Assembly (NCBI GenBank): GCA_051294375.1
Contig: CM119267.1
Coordinates: 12,471,081 to 12,535,080, forward strand
Direction: 5' to 3'
DNA from: Paraspadella gotoi
Taxonomy: Eukaryota > Animalia > Chaetognatha
Length of the DNA: 64,000 nucleotides
A model generated the notes under the pieces. It was given only the letters and a program-made list of their open reading frames with translations. It was not told the DNA's origin and made no database searches. Positions 1 through 15,059 of this stretch are shown one piece after another. The stretch's first letter is position 1; every line of letters begins with the position of its first letter. The translations under genes were made by a program, and so were the position numbers.

Positions 1-3000
1 TAACGAAGTATTGGAGCTTTTTGCTAAGATGGGACGGATGAGACCTTGATGACTAATTAATTTAATTATTGATATTATTTATTATTGATATTAACTTGAT
101 AATTATTCGATTTATTATACATTGCATGATATCATTTAATAATAAAAGAAAAAGAAGCTATAATCAATTAGTAAAAACAGGTTTTTTGTTTTTCCATTAA
201 ACTCATTTCATCAAACTATTCCATCGAAACTGCATTTCCTGTTCAATCCACACACTTTCCTACCCACATAACAAAATTCCAGGTCAATCAGCCCATTCCC
301 ACTCATTTGAGCAATTTGTGATTCAAATAGTGAATAAATATTTCTTTTGGTTTTTTTCCATTAAAACTCATTTCCACTTCGGACGATTTCCCATCGAAAA
401 ACTTAATATCCAGCTCAATCACACCACTTACCCTATCCCAACACACAAAATTTTCATTTAAATCCATCCATCCAATCACGAGTAATTGTGTGTTTTTTGC
501 TAAGGTGGAACGGTACGGACGGACGGACGGACGGACGGACAGACGGACGGGACGGACATCATTTTTTTTTTTGCATAATTTATCATAAATTCGATGTTTC
601 TGACATGGATTATAAGTTGTGTGCCCGACAATATTTGAGGGGGCGGACCGACGGACCGAAAAAGTGAGTTTAAAAGTGAGTTATAGAGTCAGGATCTGCT
701 TGATAAGCAGATCCGACTAAAAAGTAAAATTCCCTTTTCTTTTTACTTATTTATCTTACTTCTTTAAAAACAAAAGCGGCGTCCAAGTAATCGCTTAGCA
801 TTTGATTTTAACAATGAGCAACAAAACTATAGTGCAAGTTTATAAGCGTTTTTTAACGTTAAGTGGGACAGGACCGACGGACAGACATACGACAGACCGA
901 CGGACCGACCGACCGAAAAGTGACTTATAGGTTGCTCCGAAGTACTCGCGGCCGCAACTAAAAACGAGGGTTGAAATCCTCTTGAAACGAGTGTCCATTT
1001 CCCCTGGCTTGGTTTGATAGTAAAATTATTTATCAAATGCCACAAAAATATGATAAGCTGTCGGAATCGTTTTACATACTGGAATTCTGTCTTGGCATGC
1101 CGACTTGTGTAATAGTTAAGGCAATAGGCAGTCGATTTGAACTGGAAATCTATTAGAGTATATTAGAAACCATTCATATGTTATATTTTTTTCTAAAGAA
1201 TAGATTTTTCGCCCTATAATTACTTTCTCTTAATCTCGTTATTTCTTTCGTTTCGTTGTGTTGTTTGGATGATAGAAGACGTTTTAGATTGTTTAAACAA
1301 CGATTTTATTATTATAATTAAACAATCTAAAACAGTCTTCTATAATTTTTACTCTATATTTTATCATTGTTATAATTACGAAATACGTTATTTCTCGTGA
1401 TGCTACAATTTGCTTTTTAAACGACTGCTTCTTAGGCTTATGTGGCTGCTTTTTGCTGTTTTTTTAAAACTCCTTCATTTATTTAATTTATTACGGACTG
1501 AGTGTTAAAAAAACCAGTTTTAGCAAACAATGTCGGATCTGCCTACGATAATTAAGCGATAATCAGTCTTATCAGACGATAATTCACGATAAATCTTTCA
1601 AATAGTGATCCTAACTGATCATAAGAGATCATACCATACCAAACCAATGCAGTGGCTGCGCCAATACATGTAAATCGCTTGCAAGGATGTATTCTATTCA
1701 CATCATTTTCAACTCGCATCATTTTTTCAATTCTGCATCATTTTTTTCAACTTTGCATTCATTTTTCAACTTGCATCATTTTTTAAAATTTGCATCATTT
1801 TTTTAACTTGCATATTTTTTCAACTTGCATCATTTTTTCACTTTAATTAATTAATTAAAAATATTAATAAAGTAAGTCATAAATAATAAAGATTTCAAGT
1901 TAATGTGCTTAATTTTTTTTTCATTCATTAAACTCATTTCCCACTTGGTAAAATTCCATCGAAAACTTTATTATCTATACTTCGTCACACACTTTCCTAC
2001 AAACACACAAAATTCATCTCAATCTTTTAATTCAATTATTGAATTATTCGAATAACTATGGTTTAAAATTAGTAAAAAGATTCTTCAAGTTAAAGTGACT
2101 TATATAAATTTTTTAATTTATACATTTCCACCTGCACGATCCACGAAACTTATATTCCAGGCTTCGTCATATACTATCTACCGGCACAAAAAATTTCATC
2201 TCAACTCTATCCATCTAATTAATGATTAATGGAGAATAAATAAAATAAGTAAAAAGATTTTAGTAAATGGGACTTACATGGCGACAATTTTACAAGCGCC
2301 GGTTAGAAATACGCTGTCATTTGCAAACAGTGGTTATTCTTCATTGATTTTAAAAATTAGTTGAGTAGAAAATATTAAAGTCATTTTATGTCCCCGTTCA
2401 AATCTTATTTATCAGTTAAGATTTGCCTTGGAATGAGTGGAGAAAGTTAGGCTTGTAAATCGGGTTTCATTTTCTAACTCAACTTTTTTAGATTCAATTT
2501 TTTTCCTCTTACTTTCAGTAGCGTTTTTCGAAGAAATTTTGAATAAAATAATATTAATATTATTATCTCTGAAAGCCCTTTCAAAATCTAAAGACAATGG
2601 ACATACTTTACAAATACTGTAGTTATAAAATTTAACCGGCTCAGCTTTAATTTAATTAAGATACTCAAAAACAAGACATCTTTCCAAAAACAATAGCTGA
2701 GAGTAAAATTTAAGATTTCTAATCAAATGGATTGGCTATCTTAATCTCTTTTTTCAGGCTCTTTTCATGATACTTATATAAATAATAATTATTTATGCTT
2801 TATAATATAATTTATCAGGTCATATATTTTAAAAAAAGATTTGAAATTTTTAGCATTAATTTAACTTTTGGACTCTCTTAATTGAACAATGGCTTGGGCA
2901 AGCTTAATTTTTATGATTAGAAGCTTTCGTAAGTATATCATTTCTCTTCAATTTTTTAAGGGCTTTCTGAGGATATTAATATTGTTAATATCTTAATAAA

Positions 3001-3668
3001 TACTTTGTTGAAAAAACGTGCTAAAAGTTGAAAAAAAAATTTAAAAAAACAGTGAGTTGGAAGATGAAACCCGATTTTACAAGTCAACTTCTCCACTCAT
3101 TGCCAAGGCTATCTTAATGATCAATATAAATTTGAACAACATAAATGACTTTAATAATTTCTCTCAACTAATTTTTAAAATCAATGAAATAACCACTGGT
3201 TTGCAATGACCAGCGTATTTGCTACCGGCGCTTGTAAAATTGTCACATGGTATGTTTTTCCACGATTCCATAGAAACTTCCAGCTTCATCACATACTTTC
3301 CTACCCACTCACAAAATTTCACTTCCAATAAACCATCCAATTCACGAGTAATTGGAGTTTTTGCTAAGGTGGGACGGACGGATGGAGCGGACAGGGCGGA
3401 CCGGGGGAGGGACATATTTTTCTTGTGTATATTTATCATAATTCGATGTTCTGACATGATATAGTGATTTACCGACAAAGTGGAATTATAGAGTCGGGAT
3501 CTGTTGAAAGGCAGATCGCAATAAAAAACTTGATGAACGGACGATGAAGTAAGTAAAAATTATTTTAACAAGTGAATCGGGACTCTCACGCGAAAGTGAT
3601 ACTGCGTTTCAACACTCTCTGATCATATGACCGTGATCATTTTTCTTGCAATAACTTTTTACCTTTCC

Positions 3669-4120
3669 ATAACAAAAAGACAATAAAAAATGAAAACCTT
3701 GGATTCCAATCTCGACGAACTTCGCGGGGACACGGCTTCTGAAACAGATGTCAAACACCAACACCAGGAACTCGAACGAACCTCGATTACAACTCAGAGG
3801 AAAGAACAAATCTTGAAAATGGGGAAACTCCTTCGCTAAATAAGGATCCGCACGAAAGCGTTAAAAGGACTCTTTCCGCGGACGAGGACTTCCTGGCAAA
3901 CGAACCGGAAAAAGAAACGCCGGATGATTGTAAAAACGACGCAGTGGCGAGTGGCGTTGCCTGATTCGGGAAGTCGAGTGCGGAATTCTCGGCGTCGGAA
4001 AAAATGTTCCGCGACGGGACGCCGGCGCAGATCGCCATTACATTTTTCTACACCTTGGCGACTTTTTTGAACTTTGGCAACGCGAGGACGCTTGGGAATC
4101 TTTTTCAAAACGTGGAAAGA
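3669..4120 (+). pseudogene. Frameshifted duplicate of SLC16-like exon 1 (probably a noisy or haplotypic assembly copy)
   Basis: Near-identical to 8534-8979 but ATG reads ATA and there are many 1-bp indels; lies inside a duplicated block of about 2990-6310 versus 7870-11300. Confidence 0.75.
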
Positions 4121-7100
4121 GTAATAGGAGTCTACTTGGCTAGAACCCGGACCTTTGGTGGGAGCGAATGACTTGCTTCCTGCCACCAATGGCCGCTGAT
4201 GAATTGGAGGATTTTTAGTCTTCATAAACAATAATTTTATAAAATTTTTTAAAAAAATGCTTTAAAAATTTTATTCTTATAAGAATAATAATTGTTTTAT
4301 TAATTTCTATTTTGGACATAAACTTATGAAGCATTCTAAAACGCTCATAAAGCTAATGTGACATATTTTAACTTTCAATAATTAATTAGTAATAATTTTT
4401 TCAAAAGAGTCATGTTAGAAAACATCTTTTAATACCTTTTTTTGTATTGACCAAAGTATTGACTCTTAGGAATTGACGTTTTTTTGTGTTACCAGCCACA
4501 AATTTGGTACACAGTCTTCTCAATAGATATAATGCAACTTTTCAGTCGAGGAGACCAAAATTTGAAGTGGTCTCCTCATATTTGAGGAGTTGAAGTTGCT
4601 CGTCAACATAGAAGTGTAGCTTTTTTTATTCTTCAATAGAATTGAATAAAATTTTATATGTATATTCCTTATAATATTTAAAGAATTAAAAAAAAAATTT
4701 GAAATCGGAGCATGTTTTCACCTTCTTAAGGATGTTGAAGTGGTTCGTCCCTTAAAATATGAAAATCAGGATTTTCTCTTGAATATTTTTTTAAACATCT
4801 ATAAAACATGGTAGGAGAGTTCATTTAATCAGGTTTAACAAGAATCTGTAAAAAAAAGAAATTTGATAAGTTTAGCACCCTTCATGATGTTGAAGTTGCT
4901 CGTCAACAATTGTACGCAGACCAAGCACTTTAAAAACCTTGCCAGAAAATTTTAAGTTTGTGATCCAGCCTTAGTAGTGAGGCTCAAACGGCTTCATACA
5001 TGCGCGGATGTTTTACAATATTCCTTTTTTTAACAAAAAAAAATGCTGCCAACTTTTCAAAAAATGCTAAAACTGACAATTAGGGCATTTCTTCAATATA
5101 TCGAAGGGCATTAAGTATTACTCCAACGAAACCAGTATTAACATTAAAGCGTAAAAAACTGTACAAGTGTACATGTTGGAACACTTTAACTTGATGATTA
5201 AAGAGCATTTTATCTAATTAAATAGGGATTTTTAATAATCGATGTGGTTTTGATATTTTTCATCAAAAAATCTTAATAAAGGGTATTTTTTAAATATCCA
5301 TTGAAAAATTCTTTATATTATAATACACAATCCTTTTAGTAGGAACAGTCAATTGGTAGTGAATAAAGTCTGTAGCAGATATTTGTAGAAGAATTCTTAT
5401 GGATTATCGAATATATTTTAGAGACCTTAAAAAGCTATGGTCAAAATTATTTTCGAAGATGAACTGACTTAATATACAAATGTCCAATATTAGCAATACT
5501 TTTTATTAATGAATGATTTATATGGATTAATAAATTTATAGGTTATTTTAACTTATACTTCCACAGATTTACTTTTAAAAGAAATGTATATATAGTTATT
5601 TTAAATCTGTTAAGGATACTGAATTAAACCTATTTTGTTATAAACAAATAATTTTTCGAAGGTACTATATTAATGACAAAATTATATTGAAGCTTAAAAT
5701 ATACTACTTGCTGTTGTACTGCTTTTAAACGTTAAGGATTACGAATTTAGAAATATTGGGTGCAATTAATATATAATTAATGTTAATAAATAATATTTTA
5801 TACTTGTATAACTTTTATACTTATAAAAAAGTATTTTCTATTCAAAATGTCTGGTTATAGAATAGTTGTAAAAAATTTAATTATAAACCTTATTCCTAAC
5901 AGTGTTAGTTATTTGAGAAAGAAAAGGCACAGTGATAAAGTAGGAATAATATTATTATTATATACCATAAACTGCATAATTTGAGTTCTGATACTTGTGG
6001 TCATTACTGATGTTGTTCATAATGAATATCCAGTTTGTCTTTTGTATGAATTAATATCACAAATCTTTTGATGATTAAAACAACCTGATATCCACAATAC
6101 ATTAAATAAGTTGTTACTAATAAACTATTTATAAATTTTGATAATAATAATTTTTTAAAAAAATTATCAAAAAAACAATTATAGACGATTGTTTTAACAT
6201 CTATTAAAAAGGTCCAAAATGTTATCGCGATTGATGAGGTTATTCTTTCACAGTTATTGGACCCATTTAAGAAGTTTGAGTTTCAAATTTATTAATTTAG
6301 TTTCTGCCTACGTAGAGATATACTATTACACCTTCTGGCCATCTTTGATAAGGTTTGCGACACTCGAAACTCAAAACTTATTCACTTTATCAAGATTCAC
6401 AGAAAGACGCTGACGTTTACGATTTTCTAGTGTGATTATCACTCTGTGAAACCGCAGCTGAGTTTTTGATTTCAGTGGAACTGATCAGTTACTGTATCTT
6501 ATCTTTTGTTTAGCCATTGTTTAGCTGACTTGAGGGCCCGATTTCGCAGTTTGGTTACAGCTTGCGTAGACCGGGAAAGAGTAGTCTCACATACAAACAC
6601 ATTTGGCGATATTAATGAGCGAGATCGTTACAGGGAATTATTAGCGCTGATTGGAATTTGACCAAAGGTTCAGCTTGAAGAGTAGGATTCAGATGATATT
6701 TAAATAAGTCTCATTTATCTTTAAGAGAAGGTAGTTTTTATTTGAAGTTGAAATCTTGGGATCTTTGTAATTTCGAAAATCAGAATCTTGTACTACGTCG
6801 AAAAATAACTTTTTTGTTCCGCGATCGAGGTAAAAAACAATAAGTTGTCTAGTTGTTTTTAACTTTTTGTTTGGACTTGATTGTCTGGCGACTTCCTTCG
6901 TGGATTAAAAATAATATATCATTTTTTACAATTTATTATTTACAATTTTTACAACAATGTATCCCCTTTTCTCTTTAATTCATTCATCAGAATTATCCCT
7001 ATTTGTGAAACGGTTCGTGAATCCTTCTTCTGAAATAGATAGAAGAATAAAAAAAAGAAGTTATTCTTTTCATATTTAATATAAAAACAATGTATAACAA

Positions 7101-7570
7101 TGAAAAACAACTAACCCTAACTAAAAACAAAAAATATTTACTATGGTTCTTTCTATATACACGTTCCTGTCAAAACAGTTTTCCTTCTTCCTCTTCTTCC
7201 TCTTTCTCCTTCTCCCTACCCTTTCACTCTTCCTCGCCTCCTCTCACTCTCTCACCCACTCTCCCAATCTAACCCCTCTTTTCTTCTCCCTCTCCTCCCC
7301 ACCACAAAAAACCCTGACGTCTCGCTTTCCTCGTCGCCCACCGCCGCAATGTTGCATTTAAGCGCCGTAGTTGGCGCCTGAAGAGGACGCCGACGCCCAC
7401 GAAGATGCTAGAGCCCCCACCACGCTCGTGATAGCTATTATGTAGATGCTGTTAGAAACAAAATATTTCAATATTTCTTATATTAAATCATTATCTAGGT
7501 TTCAATTTCTTTTTTAGGACTGTAAATATCAATTTTTTACTCACATTTAAACTGCTCTTCCAAAAGGGTC

Positions 7571-8400
7571 TTTGAGCAAACAATGTCGGATCTGCCCACA
7601 ATCATTATCGGTAAATAATAAATTAATTATTAATTAAATTATTCAAGTTAATTAATTAATTAATTAGGTAATTAATTAATTTGATCCCAAATGTTTGTTT
7701 TAAGGTCTTGTCGTCACTAACCACGACAAAAGCAACGACGACGATGAGAATAATGCCAATAATGATTGACTTGATTTATTGACCGATTAATTATTTATTA
7801 ATTATTTGACTAATTGATTAATTATTTGATTAATTAATACATCCTGCATTTACATTTATTTAAATTTATCTTAATAAATACTTTGTTGAAAAACGTGCTA
7901 AAAGTTGAAAAAAAATTTAAAAACAGTGAGTTGGAAAATGAAACCCGATTTTACAAGTCAACTTTCTCCACTCATTGCCAAGGCATATCTTAACTGATCA
8001 ATATAAAATTTGAACACATAAATGACTTTAATATTTTCTACTCAACTAATTTTTAAAATCAATGAAATAACCACTGGTTTGCAAATGACAGCGTATTTCT
8101 ACCGGCGCTTGTAAAATTGTCACCATGTATGTTTTTTCCACGATTCCATAGAAACTTCCAGCTTCATCACATACTTTCCTACCCACACACAAAATTTCCT
8201 TCCAATCAAACCATCCAATCACGAGTAATTGGAGTTTTTTGCTAAGGTGGGACGGACGGATGGACGGACAGGCGGACGGAGGGACATATTTTTTCTTGTG
8301 TATAATTTATCATAATTCGATGTTCTGACATGATATAAGTGATTTACCGACAAAGTGAATTATAGAGTCGGGATCTGTTGAAAGCAGATCCGAATAAAAA
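7571..8400 (-). mobile_element. DINE-1-like Helentron element just upstream of the transporter ATG
   Basis: Same termini and (GGAC)n in reverse orientation; other copies or fragments at 1-723, 1515-2260, 15441-15710, 25497-25533, 31271-32440, 36179, 55377, 57733-59290. Confidence 0.7.
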
Positions 8401-8533
8401 CTTGATGAACGGCGATGAAGAAAGTAAAATTATTTTAACAATGAATCGACTCTCACGCGAAAGTGATACTGCGTTTCAACTCTCTGATCATATGACCGTG
8501 ATCATTTTCTTGCAATAACTTTTTAACCTTTCC

Positions 8534-8979
8534 ATGACAAAAGACAATAAAAAAATGAACAACCTTGGATTCCAACTCGACGAACTTCGCGGGGACACGG
8601 CTTCTGAAACAGATGTCAACACCAACACCCAGAACTCGAACGAACCTCCGATTACAACTCAGAGGAAAGAAACAATCTTGAAAATGGGGAAACTCCCTTC
8701 GCTAAATAAGGATCCGCACGAAGCGTTAAAAGGACTCTTTTCCGCGGACGAGGAACTTCCTGGCAAACGAACCGGGAAAGAAACGCCGGATGATTGTAAA
8801 AACGACGCAGTGGCGAGTGCGTTGCCTGATTCCGGGAAGTCGAGTGCGGAAATCTCGGCGTCGGAAAATGTTCGCGACGGACGCCGCGCAGTCGCCATTA
8901 CATTTTTCTACACCTTGGCGACTTTTTTGAACTTTGGCAACGCGAGGACGCTTGGGATCTTTTTCAAAACGTGGAAAGA
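8534..8979 (+). CDS. SLC16/monocarboxylate transporter-like MFS gene, exon 1
   Basis: ATG 8534; ends with TM1-like FYTLATFLNFGNARTLGIFFKTWKE; donor GA|GTAATA, phase 2 matches the next exon. Confidence 0.85.
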
Positions 8980-9341
8980 GTAATAGGAGTCTACTTGGCT
9001 AGAAAACCGGACCTTTGGGTTGGGAGGCGAATGACTTGCTTCCTGCACCAATGGCCGCTGATGAATGATTGGAGGATTTTAGTCGTCCATAAACAATAAT
9101 TTTATTAAAATTTTTAAAAAAATGCTTTAAAAATTTTATTCTTATAAGACATAAGAATTGTATTTATTAATTTCTATTTTGGGACATATAACTTATGAAG
9201 CATTCTAAACGCTCATAAAGCTAAATGTGACATATTTTAACTTTCAATATTAAATTTAGTAATAATTTTTTTCAAAAAGAGTCATGTTAGAAAACATCTT
9301 TAATACCTTTTTTTTGTATTGACCAAAGTATTGACTCTTAA

Positions 9342-12300
9342 GGAATTGACAGTTATTTTTGTGTTACCAGCACCAAATTTGGTACACAGCTTCTTAATAG
9401 TATAATGCAACTTTTCAGTCGAGGAGACCAAAAATTTGAAGTGGTCTCCTCATAATTTGAGGATGTTGAAGTTGCTCGTCAACATATGAAGTGTAGCCAT
9501 TTTTTATTCTTCAATAGAATTTAATAAAAATTTATATGTATATTCCTTATAATATTTGAAGAATTTAAAAAAAAATTGAAATCGGAGCATGTTTTCACCT
9601 TCTTAAAGGATGTTGAAGTGGTTCGTCCCTTAAAAATATGAAAATCAGGATTTCTCTTGAATTATTTTTTAAAAATCTATAAAACATGGTAGGAAGGTTC
9701 ATTTAATCAGGTTTAACAAGAATCTGTAAAAAAAAGAAAATTTGATAACGTTTAGCACCCCTTCCATGATGTTGAAGTTGCTCGTCAACAATGTACGCAG
9801 CCAAGCACTTAAAAACCTTGCCAGAAAATTTGAAGTTTGTGATCCAGCTTAGTAGTAGGGCTCAAAACGAGCTTCATACATGCGCGGATGTTTTACAATA
9901 TTCCTTTTTTAACAAAAAAAAAAATGCTGCCAACTTTTCAAAAAATGCTTAAAAACTGACAAATTAGGGCATTTCTTCAATATATCGAAGGGCATTAAGT
10001 ATACTCCAACGAAACCAGTATTAACCATTAAAGCGTAAAAAACTGTACAAGTGTACATGTTGGACACTTTACTTGATGAATTAAGAGCATTTTCTATTAA
10101 ATAGGGATTATTTTAATAATCGATGTTTTGTATTTTTCATCAAAAAATCTAATACTTAAGGGAGTGGTCTTTTCATACAATTGAAACATTCTTTGAATAT
10201 TATACCACTTCATTGATAGGGAAGCCAGGTACTCTGGGAGTGAATAAACGAGACTGTGAGAGAGTCTTGATTGAAAGCTTGCAGGGACCTGCTATGTCAT
10301 TATTTTGTAAGAGTGATGGAGGCCTTAAACCACCAAAGCCTGTCCAAAGTCAGGGGCAAGATAGCTTATTTATTAAATGAATGGATAATTTTTATATTGG
10401 TTGTACCAATTTCATTTTATAAAAGGGTTATTTTTTACATATTTTTAAAAAGCTTGCTTTATAAATTTAGGTAACTTTTTATAACAATAAATTGGCTAAT
10501 TCTTGGTAGCAATATTTTTTAAAAATTCTTATTGGATTATGAATTATAATTTTTTTAAATTAAAAAAATATTCAAAAAATTATTTTTCTGAAGATAAACT
10601 AATAATCAATAATGTCCAAATATTATTTATTTGAAAGCTTAATAAAAAATTATCCTTAACTTAACTTCCTACAGTTGCAGAAGTACTTAGTATTTAACTG
10701 TTAAAGATACTGAATTAGAAAACGCTATTTTGGTAGTGAACCAATTGAATTTTACATAAAAAAATTAATATGTTTTTTTTGTTTTGTATTGGACTTTAAA
10801 TACATATTAAATTTTAATACCTTTATAAAAAAGTTATTTTCTATTCAAAATGTCTGGTTTAGATAGTTGTTAAAAAATTTATTATACCTATTCTAACAGT
10901 GTTAGTATTTGAAGAAAGAAAAGCACAGTGATAAAGTAGGAATAATATTATCTATTATATACAAACTGCATAATTTGAGTTCTGATACTTGTGGTACAAT
11001 TACTGATTTGTTTAATAATGAATATCCAGTTTGTCTTTTTGTATGAATTAATATCCAAATTCTTTTGATTAAAACAAGCTGGATCAGTCCACAATAATTA
11101 AATAAGTTGTTCTAAATAACCTATTTATAAATTTTGATAATAATTTTTTAAAAAAATTATCAAAAAACAATTATAGACGATTGTTTTTGACATCTATTAA
11201 AAAGGTCAAAATGTGATCCGATTTTGATGAGGTTTTTTTCAACAGATTATTGACCCATTTAAGAAGTTTGGTTCAAATTTATTAATTTTAAGTTTCTGCC
11301 TACGTTTACGCTGTTGACAAGCAACTTCAACATCACGGAGAGGGTAAACGGANNNNNNNNNNCCTATTGCTTTTAAGATTTTTTTATTTTAGTCTTGTTA
11401 CTCTTGTTTTAAATAACCTATTTACAAAGTTTTATAGCAATTTTTTAAAAAAAATTTATTAAAAAATAAATGGTTTTAATTATAGACGATTATCTTTAAC
11501 GTTTAATAAAAAGGTCAAAATGGGATCCGATTTTGATGGTTTTTTTTTTAACAGATAGATTAGATGATAATTGACCCATATAGGAAGTTTGGTTCAAATT
11601 GATAAATTTTAAGTTCTTAGCTGTGTTTATGCTGTTCACTAGCAACCTCAACATCACGGAGAGTGTAAACAGAGGTGTTAAACATACCTAATTTGATTTT
11701 TTTTAATTTTAGTCTTGTCAGGATTGTTCTATTTAACCTATTTACAAAGTTTGATAATAATTTTTTTAAAAATTTAATTCAAAATCAATGGTTTTAATTA
11801 TGGACAATTGTTTTTAACGTCTATTTAAAAGGTTAAAATATAATCCGATTTTGATTGGGTTTTTTTTAACAGATAGAGCAAATGATAATTGACCCATCCT
11901 GGAAGTTTGGTTCAAATTGATTAATTTTAAGTGCTTGCAACTACGACATCATGGAAGGGGTGCTAAACGTTATCAAATCTTTTTTTTTACAGATTCTTGT
12001 TAAGCCTGATTAAATGAACCATGTTGTATAGATTTTTAAAAAATAATTCAAAAGAAATCCTGATTTTTATATTTTTAAGGGACAAACCACTTCAACATTC
12101 TTTAAGAAGGTGAAGTCATGATCCGATTTTTTTTTTAAATTCTTTAAATATTATAGGGAATATACATATAAACTTTTATTCAATTCTATTGATAAATAAA
12201 AAAAAAGCTGCACTTCATATGTTGACGAGCCACTTCAACATCCTCAAATTACTAGGAGACCACCTCGAATTTTTGGTCTCCCCGACTGAAAAGTTGCAAT

Positions 12301-12372
12301 ATGTTGTTAAGTAGCTGTGTAACAAATTTGGTGCTGGTATCATAAAAATAACTATTCTTTTACCTAACTTCC
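9342..12372. mobile_element. TTAA-flanked long-TIR DNA element (Kolobok-like) in intron 1
   Basis: TTAA|GG...CC|TTAA; ~430-bp imperfect inverted arms (9342-9770, 11945-12372); internal ~300-bp tandem repeats at 11.1-11.9 kb; spans an N gap. Confidence 0.6.
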
Positions 12373-12515
12373 TTAAGAGACTTCAGTAAAAGGCCACTCA
12401 GTGTCAATAACACCGACGTTTTAAAAAAAACCGATATTATTATGATTACTTTTTTATATATATATAAAATATATCCAAGATATTTTTTTACTTTAAATTC
12501 GAACACCAATAACAG

Positions 12516-12658
12516 GGAATTCGGCGTTACACCCGCGGTGTCTTCATGGATCCCTTCATCAGCCTTCGCCTTTCTCTCTATATTCGTCGCCTCGACTCCT
12601 TTTCTCGACATCTTCCTCAAACCTCGAACCATCACTATCGTCGGGGGACTCATTGCGG
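12516..12658 (+). CDS. SLC16-like transporter exon 2
   Basis: AACAG acceptor; EFGVTPAVSSWIPS...PRTITIVGGLIA, typical of MCT TM2-TM3; donor GTTAGA phase 1. Confidence 0.9.
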
Positions 12659-12874
12659 GTTAGATTTATGATGTATGTATTTATTTATTTATGTATTATT
12701 ATTTTTTGAATGATTTGTTGTATTTTTTTATTTTAATTTTTGAATGATTGGTTGTATTTTTAGATCATTTTGCTGATTTATTGTTTTAATTGTTTCATTG
12801 ATTGAATATTTATTAGTTGATTCATTGATTAGATTTATTGAATAATAGATTTTCTTTGCCTCTCCTCCACCCAG

Positions 12875-13092
12875 GCCTCAGCTTTATCTCCGCCTCACAA
12901 TCCTCGAGCTTCGCTCAACTCCTAGCGTCGGTGATCATCGCCTACAGCGGCAATGGGCTCGTCCACTCGTGCCTCTTCGTCGGTGTGAGTCGATGGACCG
13001 TCAAGTACAGACCCTTGGCCATCGGGATCGGGAACACGGGATCGTCCATCGGTTCGATGGTGCTGCCCCCGCTCTACGAATGGATCGCAACG
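12875..13092 (+). CDS. SLC16-like transporter exon 3
   Basis: CCAG acceptor; RWTVKYRPLAIGIGNTGSSIGSMVLPPL resembles the MCT YFxKRRxLAxGIAxxGS..PP motif; donor GTGAGG. Confidence 0.92.
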
Positions 13093-15059
13093 GTGAGGGG
13101 CCGGGAGAGTAAGGATTTTAAAAAATAACCAAAATTTGACCATCCATTCATCCATCAATCCATTCATTCAGTTAGACATTTGATCAAATGTTAAGACATT
13201 CGCCGCCTCAACCCCTCACTTTATCTTCTTTGTCTCACGGTTCTTTTTATAGGAGGAAAAAGAAAATCGAAATATACCTGTAGAAAATCTTTTGTATTTT
13301 TTATGCCTTCGGGGTCGTGCATTCGAGCAAGGAGCAAGGATTTCGTAGTATCTTACTAAATCTCAAGAGTAAAGAAAACGTCGAAAAATGTAGAATAAAT
13401 TGTCAATAATTTGTATTTTCGTAGAGATAAATCCATGGCAAATCAATGAAATGTCGAATAAATGTTTGTAATAAATCCTTGGATCCGTAAAAACTACCGT
13501 TCCAGACGGCCGATCTTTTCTTTAAAAATAATTCCGATAGAATAACAAGTGACGAGGTTTTCGGCTGAAAGAAAGCCACTAGAATGGTGAAAAGATAAGG
13601 TCATGTAAGGTAAACTTAAATGACTAAAAAAGAATGACCCGACGCGAGGTAACAAAATATCTTTCACCCCCATCCAAAATTGATTACAATTTTGCTTCAA
13701 AGTAAATGTCGTGTTATGCTTGAGAAACTCAGCCCCCGTCGTTGAAAATGGTAGAAGATTGTTGCCGTTGGAACCATCGTCGCCCCCGTCATTGAAAGAC
13801 GACGTGAAGTTGGAGAAAAGACACATGGAAAGATAAAATTAAACAAAGCTGTAGAATAATTAAGATATGCCATAAAGGCATGTGCATAGAGGTGACTGCC
13901 TTAAGGAGCAATGGCACTAGACCATCTCCCTGCTACTAATAATTAGAAGCTTGTTCATGGTGGTCACTGCCTTGAGTAGCGATGGGGCATAAGCTCCCTG
14001 CTACTTTAACATAGAGGCGCGTGCATGGCGGTCACAACTTTGAGGAAAGGCGGACGTATTGGAATCGTCCCCTGACCTTCATGCGGAGAGGCATACGTAT
14101 TATGATCGTTGCCTGTAAGGGCAGACTTGATCTACTGGGCAAGGACCTCTGCTCAGGACAGATTCTCTGGGAAGTCCAGCTCTAGATATGTATCAAGGCC
14201 CAAGTTCTAAGATAATTTTGTAAAATGGGGATTTCATAAAATGTTTGTAATTCGTAAAATGTTCAATTCATAAAAAGATATATTTTTCTATTCAATAAAA
14301 CCGTTTCAATAATCAACTTTAGAAAATGAAATATGTTTTTCACCTGTTAAATATTTATTATTTATTTATTTATTTATTTATTATTTATTTATTATTATTT
14401 CGTAGTATCTTACTAAATCTCAAGNNNNNNNNNNTGTCAAACGATATCAGAAACCGAGAGCTTTAATTTAAGACCACTTCCAACTTTCTGCGACTTTTGG
14501 CTAAAAAGTTATTAATCAAAATAAATTATTTTTTCCTTTAAAAAGTAATGAAATGGTGAGTATTATTGAGAATTTAATAAGACTTTAATCTAAAAAATTT
14601 AGGATACTAACGAGTTCTATAAACTGTCTTCTTTCAATTAATTCATAAATAAAAATTTTCTTCAAGCTAAAATATAGGCATATCATCCCCCAAAAAATTT
14701 GAAAAAAAATATTAATAAAATTTTTAAATAATTTACCATAATGATATGATATAATTTTACTTAATACATATGGATTAGAAACTATAAGGTGTGACCTTTA
14801 TTTTGAGTCTATTGCCAACTCTTTACGATAAATATTTATCGTAAAAAAGCCCCAAAAATCTTTAAAAAATATAATTTTTAATTTATTTAAGTCAAATCTC
14901 AGTTCATATATGACTTATTTTAAGTCAAATGATTTTATTTAGCAGATTAAAGACTAAGGCACATATTAAATACCATTAGTTGTATTATTTTATCTTTTAG
15001 AGAAAAACAAAGTTTATTCGTTTATATACAACGATTTTTTATTTCACATAGGGACAACG

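Noticed and set aside
7372-7390. tRNA-Lys PBS-like TGGCGCCTGAAGAGGAC
   Set aside because: Imperfect match with no adjacent LTR end or gag ORF
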